From positions 558,001-622,000 of the forward strand of contig JAIVFI010000017.1 in assembly GCA_025558095.1 (NCBI GenBank): a stretch of 64,000 bases of DNA, written 5' to 3'. Position 1 is the first letter of the stretch; every line of letters begins with the position of its first letter. Shown piece by piece: positions 21,491 through 33,011 of the stretch. Position numbers and translations under genes: made by a program. Source of the DNA: Hyaloraphidium curvatum SAG 235-1 (Eukaryota > Fungi > Monoblepharomycota). The notes beneath the pieces are model-generated. The model saw nothing but the letters and a program-made list of their open reading frames with translations. It had not been told where the DNA came from and made no database searches.

Positions 21491-21904
21491 TGACTTCTCG
21501 GGCGGGCAAGGTTTTGGCTCCGCTGCGCGGCGCCAACCAGATTTTTTCTAATTCCTCTCCCCGCGGCCTGAATCTAGGCATATCTCGAGCTTAAAAACTA
21601 GATGCAGCGCAGCTGATGCCGATTAGTTTGTGCGTGAGGGGCCGGGGAACGGGTTTGTGCGCCAGGGGAGTGTCGACCCCTTGACTTGGCGCCACCGGCC
21701 AACCAGTCGTTGCAGTCGCCGCTCGCTCGCGTGCGCTGGAACCTCTCGCTGGACCACCGGATGGCCCTTTGTCTGCAAGGTCGTCCAAGGATATTGGTAA
21801 TGTGCCAGACGCGGCATATTCCTTTGGATACTAAGGCGGTTCCGGTTCCAGCAGGGCAACACCTACTCATCCCCGACACGGCACCCCGGCCCTTCCAGCC
21901 CCCT

Positions 21905-23401
21905 TCAAGCAGGAGGCGGGCACACGCTGTCGATCGTGAAGAAAACACCCACACCCCTCAGCACGCTCCACAGTGCCACCCCGAGGGTTATCAGCGTGAC
22001 GCCCAGCGTCTTGGCCAGTCCCCATGTGATCGGCACCCCGACAAAAGTGGCACGCAGCCCGCCGGCGTCCGAGATGGTGGCCAGCAGCGCCGAATGCGCG
22101 CGGAGCTCGTCCTCGACCGCGAGGCGGGTGGGGGTACGCGGGAGGGCGGCGGATTCGGCGAGCATCGCGCGGAGGGAGAGCCGCGCTTCGGCGTACAGGA
22201 GCGTAAGAGCTTCGATCTGCGAGTTGACCGACGGCAGCGCGGCGAGGTCTACCACGACCCCGTAGATGACCATCAGGTACAGCACCACGGTCCAGAGGCA
22301 CACGCAGCCGCCGGTGGCGAGGTTGGCCGCGAGGCCCACCAGGCCCACGGCCGGGAAGGCCAGCACAGCGAGGGTGGTCCAGGGGCTGGAGCCGAAAGCC
22401 GGGCGCCGGCTGAGGGTCCACCGGCTCCTGTACGAGAGGTGGAGGGCGACGTAGATCTCGGGAGAGCCAGCACCGGAGGGGGGTTCGGGGCTGCCGTCCG
22501 GCGCCCCGGTTCCGGCCAGCAGACGCCCGCGCGACCGATCGAGGAACCCGTGCAGGGCGCGAGAGCTCGCCCGCAGGTAGAGCCGCGTCGCCAGGGACGT
22601 CTCTGCCGGGCTGGCCAAAGCAAACCGCGCGATCACCGAGGAGGCGTTTATCAGGACGTCGGCAAGGAGCGCGACAGTGCCCACGAGGACGCCCCACCAA
22701 GAGCCCCAGAACGCGGTACCGAAGTGAACGACGGGGGTCCAGGCCGTGGTGAGGAAGTAGAAGGCGCATAACATGTGAAAGGGGACGATGCGGACGACTC
22801 GCTCCCAGAACATCCACTCCACCAAACCCGAGCAGCAGGTCCGGCACGGGCAGGCCTGGTCCCCGTCCGCGTGCTCGAGCAAGGTCGAGCCGGTCTCGGT
22901 CGCAAGAGCCCAGTTCCGCGCGCCGGTCAGGCACCCCGCCAACAGGTCGGCCGTGGGTGGCAGGAAGGAGCGCAGGGCGAGCCAGTTCGCAACTTGGATC
23001 AGCATCGCCGCGACCCAGAAGGCGGACACCCCGGCCACCGATGCAGCAACACTGCGGTACGGGAACGTGCCGTCGTTGACTTTGAAAGCGAGCGTCGCCG
23101 CGGCGACAAAAGCCAGCGAGGTCACCGCGCCCAGGATGGCCAGCGTGTGCGCGTGCGCGAGCTTCAGATTGCTGCAAGCCCGCACCAGCTTCACCATCCC
23201 GGCCAGGTTCGGCGACAGCGGTTCAAGCGCCGAGACGAGGGCGTCGGCGGTGGGAGGCGCGTCGGCGGGCTCCTTGGACTCCGGTGTCGGCCCGGCCAGG
23301 GCGAGCGGGAACGTGTCCGGGCCGGTCGGGGCGCGCACAGGGAAGAGCGCGGCCAGTTCGGCCGGGGCGAGGGTAAATGGTTTCGGTGGCTGCTCCTCCA
23401 T
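21905..23401 (-). CDS. 7-TM CPCxxC-family membrane protein, paralogue C (intronless)
   Basis: FTLAPAELAALFP, LLEHADGDQACPCRTCCSG, FWGSWWG, IYVALH, RATFVGVPITWGLAKTLGVTLITLGVALWSVLRG..VCP. Confidence 0.85.
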   Translation of the reverse strand: MEEQPPKPFTLAPAELAALFPVRAPTGPDTFPLALAGPTPESKEPADAPPTADALVSALEPLSPNLAGMVKLVRACSNLKLAHAHTLAILGAVTSLAFVAAATLAFKVNDGTFPYRSVAASVAGVSAFWVAAMLIQVANWLALRSFLPPTADLLAGCLTGARNWALATETGSTLLEHADGDQACPCRTCCSGLVEWMFWERVVRIVPFHMLCAFYFLTTAWTPVVHFGTAFWGSWWGVLVGTVALLADVLINASSVIARFALASPAETSLATRLYLRASSRALHGFLDRSRGRLLAGTGAPDGSPEPPSGAGSPEIYVALHLSYRSRWTLSRRPAFGSSPWTTLAVLAFPAVGLVGLAANLATGGCVCLWTVVLYLMVIYGVVVDLAALPSVNSQIEALTLLYAEARLSLRAMLAESAALPRTPTRLAVEDELRAHSALLATISDAGGLRATFVGVPITWGLAKTLGVTLITLGVALWSVLRGVGVFFTIDSVCPPPA

Positions 23402-23542
23402 AACGCGGGGCTCCAGGGGGAGGCGATGGCGGGTCAGTTTCCTGCCGGCACCGATTCCCGTTCGCAGCATAGCTGGGTCCCCTTGAACTTCAGCGACGTT
23501 TCCGCCGCAACCGTCCCCTAACCTCTGCCCTGCTACGCGCAA

Positions 23543-25052
23543 ATGGACCCCGATTCCGACTTCTCCGCGGCGGAATGGCTTGCCTTGTTCCCTCCTCCGC
23601 TCCCACCCCTTCCTCTGGCGGACGGCGACGCGCTTCTCGGGGCGAGCGGCGACCCCGGCGCGGAGGAACGTGCGGCGCGCCCACTTACCGCGGACGCGCT
23701 GCTCAAGACGCTGCCGGAGCCTCTCCGTAGCGCCGTCGGCTTTGCGATCTTTGTTCGGTGGACGCCGCGCGAGACAGCCGTCCAGTGCGCCGTCGGGGCC
23801 GTCCTCGGCGCCGCGCTGCTCGGCCTCGCCGCCTCCTGGAACGACGGGACTTTCGGCGCTGCCCAGGTCGCCGCAGGCTTTGCGTGTGCCCAGCTTTACA
23901 TGGTCAACGGCATGCTGACCTTTGTGGTCACGTACCTGCTCGCGCCCAAGAACCGCCGGGGGCCCGCGTACGATTGGTCGTCGGCCGCGCCCGTGGCGCG
24001 GTGGCTGCTCCTGGAGAAGTCGAGCAGGCTCCTTCACCATGATGCCGCGGACGCTCTGTGCCCGTGTCCGGCCCGGTCGTGCGCTGGGTCCCTGCCGTTC
24101 TGGGCGGGCGTCGCGGCCGTTCTGCATGGAACGGCCCTCTTCGTCCTGGGATCGGGCGGCACCATCATGATCTGCTACACCACCTTGGTGACGTTTGGAG
24201 GCCGGCTGTGGTCAACGTGGTGGGGATGCCTCCTCGGTGTCGCCTTCGGTGGGTTGGAGCGTTCTGTTCTTGCGCCTTGGGAGCCAATGCCCGCCTACCG
24301 CAGTTCTCGTCTGGGCCCTGTACGGCATAGCAGCATTTGCCCGGTCCGCTACCACTTTCTACGTGCCCATCCTCGACCTCGAGCTTCGCCTGCGGCACCG
24401 CGCAGCGACCGTCGCCGGTCGCCTGCTCCTCGACCACTACCGCGCGATCCTCCCCCGCGGCGAAGGCAACATCACCCGCAAGCGATCGTCGGCTGCCCCC
24501 GCGCTGCTCGCCCGCCTCCACGAACGGCTGCTGCGCATCCTGCTGCTCCGGCACAAGCAGGACAACGCCACCACCGCCCGCATCTTCCTCCTCTTACAGG
24601 GCCCCGCGACGCTCGTCACGCTCCTCGTCAACGTCGGCGTGGGCTCGTGCGTCCTTGTGTGGAACCTCGTCGGCCAGTTCGTCTTTGTCGGCTTCCTCTC
24701 GCTCGTCAACCTCGCCCACCTCGCCGCCCGTAACGCGCAGACCGCCTCCCTCGCCTCTCTCTACGCCGAGATCCGCCGTGAGCTCGCCTCCCTCGCGTGC
24801 GCCTTTTCCGAATGCGACGACCCGAGCGGCGAGCTGCAGTCGATCGCCGCCCGCATCGCGCACCAGGAACGCCTAGTCGCCTCGTTTGCGGGGTTCGAGC
24901 GCTACGAGGCCAGGTTCATGGGGTTCCTGGTGACCTGGGGCGCGCTAAGAACCGTGGTCGCGACGATGCTCACGCTGGCGTTTGCCGTGTGGGGGGTGCT
25001 GCGGGGGATGGGGGTGCTCCTCACGCTCGAGTCGTTCTGCCCGACGCGGTGA
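23543..25052 (+). CDS. 7-TM CPCxxC-family membrane protein, paralogue D (intron 24249-24303)
   Basis: FSAAEWLALFP, LLHHDAADALCPCPARSCAG, LWSTWWG, ARFMGFLVTWGALRTVVATMLTLAFAVWGVLRG..FCP. Confidence 0.85.
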
Positions 25053-25080
25053 GGCGCAGCCGCGGGATGCCGCTGGGAAC

Positions 25081-25137
25081 CGGGGGCTGCCGATCGGAAC
25101 GGGGGCTGGCGATCGAAACGGGGGCTGCCGATCGGAA
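25081..25137 (+). repeat. Minisatellite, 3 x 19 bp (CGGGGGCTGCCGATCGGAA)
   Basis: Three adjacent near-identical units just downstream of the stop codon at 25052. Confidence 0.85.
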
Positions 25138-25758
25138 GGGGGGCGCAGTGCCGTTACATCATCGCCCAGAACAGGGGCTGCTGTGAGACTTCTCGAGGGA
25201 ACCGGGGTCTGGAATGCTGTCGTCACGGGTGCACAGCCTTTGGGGGCGGGGCCGTCGGTCCTTTCGGACGCGCCGTGGGCGGGCGCGGGCCGCCGCGTCC
25301 ACCGTCAGGCCGCTTTGCCTGGAATTACTGGCTGCCTGGAGCGCTCATTCGGCGGCCCGAATGTCGAGACGGCCGTTTTCACGCGGTTTTGGATGGAGCC
25401 GAGCCAAGCTCCGCCCAGAGGACCCTGGATGACGGTCCAGAGTCCTGTGCCGCTTTGCCGCCGCCGTTCCGCCGCGTTCTGGAGAAAAGCAGCCACGCCC
25501 AGACCCGTTGCCCCGCTCATAAGGCCGGGCCGCGGCCTGCAGTCGACCAGCTATGTGGTGCCTCGTCCGGTCCGCGGTCTTTCGGAGTCTGCAGGACGTT
25601 GCAAGCCGATCGCCCGCGTACATTGTCACTACAGCTTATATGGCCGCCGTGTTTGGACCGGGAGACGGTTCGACAGGCGGAGTGGGGAGTGGGAGGAAGA
25701 CTGGCTTGTGGAACCCCTTGACGTGCCTAGTCAACATGAACGTGCGAGTAGGATCCCT

Positions 25759-26640
25759 TTACGTCGCCCAGTTGGGCTTGCGCTTCTCCAGGAACGCCGC
25801 CAGCCCCTCCTTGGCCTCGGGCGACCTCCGAAGCCGGGCCAGCAGCTGCGCCGTCTCCTCCACCACCGTCGCGTCCACGGCCCCCGCCCGCACGCACGTC
25901 TCCACCAGCTCCTTGGCCGCCGCGACGGCCGACGGCGCGTTGAGCCTGATGCTGGCCTTTATCCTGTCCGCCCACGCGTCCAGCTCGTCGGGGTTGTCCA
26001 CGACCTCGTGCACGAGCCCGATGGCCATGGCCCGTTCGGCGTCGAAGCGCTCAGCGGTCATGAAGAACCTCCTCGACTGCGCCGGCCCGATCCTGCGCAC
26101 GACGTAGGGCGAGATGGTCGCGGGGACCAGGCCCAGCCGCACCTCGGACAGCGAAAACACCGCCGCGCTCGCGGCGACGGCGATGTCGCACACGCTGACC
26201 AGCCCGACGCCCCCGCCGAACGCCGGGCCCTGCACGAGGGCGATGGTCGGCACGCGGAGCGTCGCCCACGCGTGCAGGCACGAGGACAGCGCGGCGGCGT
26301 CGGCGAGGTTGCGGGCGTCGTCGGCGCGGGCCATGTCGCGCATGTGGGCCAGGTCGCCGCCGGCGCAGAAGACGGGGCCGGTCGAGCGGACGACGGCGCC
26401 GCGCGCCGAGGGGCGGGCGCGCACCTCCTCGGCCGCCCGCAGCAGCTGCTCGATCGTGGCGCCATCGAACGCGTTCTTGACGTGCGGGCGCGAGAGCGTG
26501 ACCGTCGCGAACTCGCCGGGCGCGTCCCACGAAACGGAGACGGCGCGGGGCGCGGGCGCCGCGGCGGCCGAGAAGCGCGCGGCCCCGGCGGGCCGTGCGG
26601 AGGCAGCGAACAGCACGCGCGCTGAGGCGACCCGCAGCAT
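25759..26640 (-). CDS. Enoyl-CoA hydratase/isomerase (methylglutaconyl-CoA hydratase-like) with a probable mitochondrial presequence
   Basis: LSRPHVKNAF, FCAGGDL, GPAFGGGVGL, LSEVRLGLVPATISPYV, AFLEKRKP; Arg/Ala/Ser-rich N-terminus; intronless. Confidence 0.92.
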   Translation of the reverse strand: MLRVASARVLFAASARPAGAARFSAAAAPAPRAVSVSWDAPGEFATVTLSRPHVKNAFDGATIEQLLRAAEEVRARPSARGAVVRSTGPVFCAGGDLAHMRDMARADDARNLADAAALSSCLHAWATLRVPTIALVQGPAFGGGVGLVSVCDIAVAASAAVFSLSEVRLGLVPATISPYVVRRIGPAQSRRFFMTAERFDAERAMAIGLVHEVVDNPDELDAWADRIKASIRLNAPSAVAAAKELVETCVRAGAVDATVVEETAQLLARLRRSPEAKEGLAAFLEKRKPNWAT

Positions 26641-26743
26641 CGCGATGGTCTTCTGGGCGGGAGAGGGTGGCGACGCGTTCGGTGTGGCAAGTTGCCCGAA
26701 GTCGTTGTAAACAGACGTTTCGCGCACGGTGAACGACGCGTTG

Positions 26744-27301
26744 ATGGCCGAATCCCGGGTCCCGCAGCTCGTCGTCGTCATCTCCGGCGTCCCCGGCAGC
26801 GGCAAGACCACGATCGGCCGGCCGCTCGCACGTGCCCTGGGCCTGCCGTTCCTGGACAAGGACGACATCCTCGAGGCGCTCTTCGACAGCCTCGGCTGCG
26901 GTTCCCCAGCAGAGCGGCAGCGCCTCAGCCGAGCCGCGGACGGCGTGCTCCGTTGCGTGGCGGAGAACGCGCGGGGAGCCGTGCTGTGCTCGTTCTGGCG
27001 GCCCCCCGGCCTGGCCATCGCTTCCGGCACGCCGTGCGACTGGTTGCAGGATCTCGGCGCGCGCATCATCGAACTGCGCTGCATGTGCCCGCCGGACGTT
27101 GCTGCGGCGCGGTTCGCGGCGCGGAAAAGGCACCCCGGGCACCAGGACGCCGTCCGGACCCCGGCCGACCTCCGCGAGCAGCTGGGCGCGCTCGACGCCC
27201 TCGGCCCGCTCGGCGTCGGCGCCCTCATCGAGATCGACGCGACGGGGGGGGTCGACGTTGACCGGCTGGCCGCCCGTGTGGCTCTCCTGTGGAAGAGCTG
27301 A
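26744..27301 (+). CDS. Small P-loop kinase (AAA_33/gluconate-shikimate kinase-like)
   Basis: VVISGVPGSGKTT..LARALGLPFLDKD; intronless. Confidence 0.85.
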   Translation: MAESRVPQLVVVISGVPGSGKTTIGRPLARALGLPFLDKDDILEALFDSLGCGSPAERQRLSRAADGVLRCVAENARGAVLCSFWRPPGLAIASGTPCDWLQDLGARIIELRCMCPPDVAAARFAARKRHPGHQDAVRTPADLREQLGALDALGPLGVGALIEIDATGGVDVDRLAARVALLWKS

Positions 27302-27554
27302 TGAACTCGGCTCGGTTCGGGCAACCGTTCCCCGAAGGAAGCCCGGGATTCGCATGCGGACGCCCCGCTGCACTCTTCCGGCTGTGCAGCTCATAGCAAC
27401 AACTTCTAGACTCCGGTTTCCGAAGAACAAAGCGTCTCCGATAAAGCACTACAATAGTCCCCTGTGCCCCCTCCCGATCGGTAGCCGCGATCCGGCCCCT
27501 TCAGGCCGCCTCGTCGCGCCACCTGGCGCCATTCTCGCATTGTCCGCGCGTGAG

Positions 27555-28415
27555 CTACCGCGTGTTCCCCCTCCCGAACCACTTCTGGAGGACCTTGCCC
27601 GCGTTCCCGAGGTAGAAAAAGTCCGCCGTGCACGGCGACAGCCTGTTGATGCTCGCCATGGTGCCCGTGCCCGTCCCCATCATCTTGACCTCCCTGCGGC
27701 GCTCCACGGCCTCGGCCAGTTCCGAGGCCACCTTGTCGGGGGACACGAACTCGGCCCCCATCTCCTTCCAAAGGTCCTTGTACCCCCGCTCGGCCTCGGT
27801 GTCGGCCGCCGAGGGGCAGAAGTACAGCAGCCGGACGTCGGTGCCGTCCAGCGCGAACTCGCGCCTGCAGGATTCCATGAACGAGAACACGGCGGCGCGC
27901 GTGGACACGTCCACCGAGTAGTACGGGAACGCGAGCCCCCCGTCGGCGAACCCGCCGAGGTAGGCGAAGGTGCCGCCCGGGCGCACGAGGGGGACGAGCT
28001 GCTGCAGGAGGAGGATGGGGGCGCGCTGGTTGATGCGGAGGGAGCGGTCGACGTCGGCGAGGGTGTGCGAGAGGAGGGGCTTGCGGACGTCGTGGCCGAT
28101 GGCGTCGACGACGACGTCGAGCAGAGGCGATGGAGCGGTCGGCTGCAGGGGTTCTTGGCCCGCGACGGGGTGCGGGGCGCCCAGTGCCTGCGCGACGCGG
28201 CCCGCGAAGGAGAGCAGCGACGCGTCGTCCTCCACGTCCAGCTGGACGTGCAGCCCCCCCGGGAGCTCTGGCAACCACGCCGGGGCAGACCGCGACGCGG
28301 TGACGATGCGCGCCGGGGGGCCGCCGCGGCGGGCAAACTCGCGGCAGATGGCGGAGCCGAGGCCGCCCGAGCCGCCAAGGACCAGGATGGTGAGGCCCAT
28401 GGCGGCGGAGACCAT
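27555..28415 (-). CDS. Atypical short-chain dehydrogenase/reductase
   Basis: VLGGSGGLGSAI Rossmann motif; the active-site region FPYYSVDVSTR lacks canonical YxxxK; intronless. Confidence 0.85.
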   Translation of the reverse strand: MVSAAMGLTILVLGGSGGLGSAICREFARRGGPPARIVTASRSAPAWLPELPGGLHVQLDVEDDASLLSFAGRVAQALGAPHPVAGQEPLQPTAPSPLLDVVVDAIGHDVRKPLLSHTLADVDRSLRINQRAPILLLQQLVPLVRPGGTFAYLGGFADGGLAFPYYSVDVSTRAAVFSFMESCRREFALDGTDVRLLYFCPSAADTEAERGYKDLWKEMGAEFVSPDKVASELAEAVERRREVKMMGTGTGTMASINRLSPCTADFFYLGNAGKVLQKWFGRGNTR

Positions 28416-28751
28416 CGAGGACGCGATGTGCGGGAGTTCGGCGGGGTTTGCGGGGCTTTATGCGCGGGAGACGGCGATGTCGCAAGCACCCTCGAAAACG
28501 GAGATGTGCCGCTGTGAGCGGGATGCATCGCGCTATGTAGCCCGCCCCCCCCAGCACGGCGCGAGGCAAAATGTGCGATGCACAGGCGCATTCTTCTGGA
28601 CACGGGACTGTTGTGCCCTTTTGCGGGGCCGCGTTAAAAGGCTGTCGCGATTCTGCCAGTGCTTCGGACTTTGTGACGGTTGATACCGCTTCGAGATGAC
28701 AACGGGACCAACCAAAGCTTCAATTCCAGTCGGCCCTGCATGCAATTGCAG

Positions 28752-30926
28752 CTACAGAGGCGCCAAGTGTTCTATCGGGACCCTCCCTCGCTCCTGGGGC
28801 TTGCCCGGCGTCTCTTGCCTCACGTCGGCCCACCTTCCCTCGACGCGCTCTACGGACACGATGTCCGCCCGATGCAGGGTGATCCGATCCTCCCCGGGCG
28901 CGGCCACTTGGGGAACCTTGACCCAAGCTTTCTTGCCAGGAAGGACCTCTGGCTGCGTGGCTGGGAGCCGGGCGGGAGTCGGGGCACCATCCGGCAGCAG
29001 GGAGCTGGTGCGGGGCGGCACCACGGGGGAGAACTGGAAGAGGTGGTCGGTCGCGTCGTTGACGTCGCCCTTGTAGCGGTTCAGCGCATCCCGGATCGCA
29101 TCGTCCGTGAAGGGGCAGAGGTCGCCCCCGCAAACGTCCTTCACCACCGCAATCTTGTCGTCCAAAGTGATGGTGGAGCTAGCGCGTGAAGTTGCTGGAG
29201 ACGAGCTCCGGCTGGAAGACGCTGAGCCAGGAAGACTCTGCGAGCGGGTCGGCGGATCGTGTACAAACGCGTCCTTTTTTTTGGTACGCGGAAAGGTGTT
29301 CGGACTTGACACGGGTATAGGCAACGGAGCTTTGAAATCCGAATCCGCGTCTCCGATGTCCAGCTTTTGTAGCTTTTCTGGTTTGGTGATGGGAAACCCG
29401 GTGATGCTGCTGTCCGTGTTTGCCTTCCTCTTCAAAGCCGGCTTCCGTGCAGGGGAGCTGCCGTCGTCGTTGACAACGGTGGAGTCCGAGGACGGATGAT
29501 TCGGTGTCCGAGGCACATTTGAGACCACGACGTGCGGCTCGATGATGCTATCGAGGTCCTCCCAAAGACTCGCAGACGCGGGCCGCTCCGAGGCTTCCCT
29601 CTTGCAGCAGTCCTCGATCACCCGCCAAACTGCATCGCTCAGTCCGTAAGGCCTGAGCAAGCGCCGCGCGCTGGAGCACTTGAAGTATACGACGTCCCGG
29701 TCCGAGTAGTTGGAGAATGGGTTCTGACCCCAACTCATGGCTTCGAAGGAGAGGATTCCGAACGAATACACGTCAGCTGGAGGTCGCGCTTTGCGACCCT
29801 CCAGGACCTCCGGTGCCATGTACAGGAACGTGCCGCGGACCACGTTGGTCGTTGACCGCGAGAACTTGCTCCGCACTCGACTCAGGCCAAAGTCCGTGAT
29901 CTTTGGGGTTCCGTTGTAGATGAGAACATTCTCCGGCTTCAGATCGCCGTGCACGATGGAGAGACCATGCAAATGGCTCAAACCGGACGCGATACCGCGC
30001 AGCAGGGGCAGTGCGGCGTCCCTGCTCCAATTGTGCTTGATCAGGTGATCGCGGAGGTCACCTCCGTTTGCCAATTCCATGGCGAATCGGAAGTCGGGCG
30101 TGTCGCAACATCCCATGAAGAAGACGACTGCGACCGATCGTCAGAGTGGGGATGAGCTCCCTCTACAGAAAACCGCGGACAGCTTACGATTCGGGTGCCT
30201 GAGCCTCGCCATAATGCCTAGCTCTCTGCGGAACTCTGAAACGAGCCTGCCGTTGCCTTTGTCCAACAGGATTTTGACTGCCACGGGGGTGCCATCTATA
30301 CGTCCTTTGTGCACGGCTCCAAAAGCACCCCGCCCGAGCTGCTGATTTGGTAGCACCACAAGCTTGGACGGCTCCAGGCGATGGAGGCGAGCCAAGAGAT
30401 CCAGCACTGAGTAAGTTTGGCTCCGGCTCAGGTTGATCAGGTTGATGATGATCTCGTCGGTGCAAATATCAATTGGAAGTCGCCCGTCTTTGTCCCCGAC
30501 GTTGGGGTCGGCTCCGTTCTCAAGGAGCTGCTCCACGATCCCGGCATGTCCTTTCTCGCAAGCTAAGAACAAAGCGGTTCGTTGCAGCTTTGACGAACGC
30601 AAATCCAAGTCAACATCGGCGGCATCCAGAAGCGATTTCACGATCCCCTCGTGACCCTTGAAGCACGCGAACATGAGGCCGGTCATCTCCTCGCCCGGGC
30701 CGCCGCTGCCGTCGCCGCGGCCGAGAGCATTGATGTCAAAGGTCCGCTCCGCAAGAAATTTATCCACGATGGCCGTCTTTCCCGAAATGCACGCGTGGAC
30801 AAAGGCCGTCCCCTCCTCGTCGACCACGGTCAAAGAGGACACCTGGTCGAACAGCCGAGCGACTGCTGCCTCGTCCCCCGTCCGGCACGCTTTCAGAAAA
30901 GCACGATTGACTTCCTCGCCCGCCAT
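28752..30926 (-). CDS. Ankyrin-repeat TKL protein kinase with C-terminal UBA/CUE-like and SH3-like domains (intron ~30127-30187)
   Basis: Ankyrin repeats (TGLMFAC..GH, TALFLAC..GH); GRGAFG, VAVK, HGDLKPEN, DFG, APE, DVYSFG. IRDALNRYKGDVNDATDHLF is UBA-like; the terminal W..V..GRVP is SH3-like. Confidence 0.88.
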
Positions 30927-31051
30927 CGCGGTCCTCTGGCGCGGCGATTGCCCCGTCCAGACTCGTTCAGTCGGTCAGCGCAGCGCCACCCGCACGATCG
31001 TCGGGCGATCACATTGGACGAGACACCGCCAGTCATCCGCCGCATCGGACG

Positions 31052-32842
31052 ATGGATACCGAAGCGACGGCCTTCGATGACCTCTTTGAACGTGCCTGTG
31101 CCTCTGCGAACGAGAGCGCCGCTGCGGAGACGCTCGTTTCCGGCCCGCACGGCGACCTGCTCTCGCAGCCCTCGCGCAGCGGAGACACGTACTTCGAAGT
31201 CGCCTGCGCGAGGGGCGCAACGGCCGTCGTGGAGGCCGCTCTGAGGCTCCGGCAGCAATCGCTCGGCTTGGACTCGTCTTGCTGCCTCTACCGCGCTTGC
31301 GAGTCGGGTGCCAAGGAAGTCATGTCGTCCTACCTCCTGAGGGCGCCCCTCTCTCCCGCCACGCTGAACTATCGCGAACCTGCGTCGCAGAACAATGCCT
31401 TTCTCGTCGCGTGCGCAAACGGACACGTGGACATTGTGAAGATTCTGCTCCGGGATCCGCGAATCGAACGCAACGCTCGGAACGCGCGACAAAAGAACGC
31501 GTTCATTTTGGCTTGCGAAGAGGGCCACGTCGAGGTCGCGGAGGAGCTCGTGGCAGTCGCTGGCGAAATCGGGCTCGACCTCAACGCCCGCGACGACGAA
31601 GGTTGCACCGCCTTCTTCCGGGCCTGCCAGAACCATCAAGCCGGTGTCGTTCGTTTGCTGCTAAACAACCAAGATCGGATTGATATTCGCCAGGCCAACG
31701 CGGATCATACGGCCCCGAGGGATGTGTGCGGACCCAATTTTCAGGCCCTGATTGATCAGCAGGTCGCCATTTACAATGCTGACCGGCCGCGCTTCATGGT
31801 CCAGCCAGCCGACATCAGGCGACGGGCAGTATCTTTCGCTGAAGGCGGCTTTGGAGACGTGTACCACGGGGAGCTCAACCGCGGCGGATGGCAGCGCGTG
31901 GTGGTGAAGGTGATCCGGGGGCCACTCACGAACGACACGAAGCGCGAGTTCCAGCAGGAGCTCAACATCTGGGCCATCCTGCATCCTCATCCGAACGTGC
32001 TGGCTCTGCTTGCGTACTGCGAGATGGACACAGAGTTCCAAATCGCGTCGGAGTTCGCGGACGGGGGGGACCTGCACCGATATCTTTATGGTTTGCCTGC
32101 AGATCCCAAGCGTGGCAGAGCCGCAGTTATGGGAAAAGCACAACTCGACCGCCAGCGGTACCTTTCGTACGGCTTTCATCTTTTGCTGGATGTTGCAAAA
32201 GGAATGGATCACCTCCATCAAAACAATATCGTGCACGGGGACCTAAAGCCGGGCAACGTCGTCGTCGTCAACGGTGTGGGGAAGATAGCTGATTTCGGAG
32301 CCTCGGTGGGTGGTAGACATGCGGGCACGAGACCTCGCATTGTCTGATGAGCACTTGCTGCGCTTGGTGCACAGCGTGTTCGCATGTCTGTCTCGGCAGC
32401 GTATTCGAGGACCAACTATGGACCAGGCACGTACCGGTTCCAAGCTCCAGAAGTTCTAGCGCTGCGTACTGCGGGGCTTCCATTCCGCAAGCTCAAGTCC
32501 AGCGACGTTTACTCCTGGGGCTTGATGCTGCACCAGATATGGGCGTGGGGTCACGAGCCGTTTACGCAGCACAATCCGCCGGCAATCGAACACAAAGACG
32601 TGGGTGCAGATGAAGCGCGCGAAGACTGGCCCTGGCTGTACTGATGGCCTGCTGTTCCGGTGCAGCTGCACATTGAGGCTCGACATCAGAGGCCCACAAC
32701 ACCAATCACCATCGCCGAGATCGGGAGCCTGGTCGCAGACTGCTGGGAGCGAGACATGGACGCCAGACCCTCGTTTGCGCAAGCCGTCGCGCGGATGGAG
32801 CCGGTCGTTCGGGCTCGGGCGCGGGTGCGACCGCCTCCGTAG
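31052..32842 (+). CDS. Ankyrin-repeat TKL protein kinase (two introns)
   Basis: NAFLVACANGH-type repeats; EGGFG, VVVK, HGDLKPGN, DFG, APE, DVYSWG, CW..RPSF. Confidence 0.88.
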
Positions 32843-33011
32843 ATGAAGACCACCGCGTGCGATGTAAAGTGGATTGGAACCATAGTAGCCAGCAATTGAG
32901 TTTGTCGGAGATCGATGATGTGGCGAGCGGAAGGGCGTGCGCAGGATCCGCGGCCGCCGATTGGGGGGACGATCGGCACCGCGACGTCCCCCACTCTTCC
33001 AAACGCGCACG

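Noticed and set aside
24982-28569. Long overlapping ORFs (24982-26625, 26051-27430, 26832-28517, 27406-28569)
   Set aside because: Arg/Gly/Pro-rich alternative-frame artefacts of high GC over real genes.
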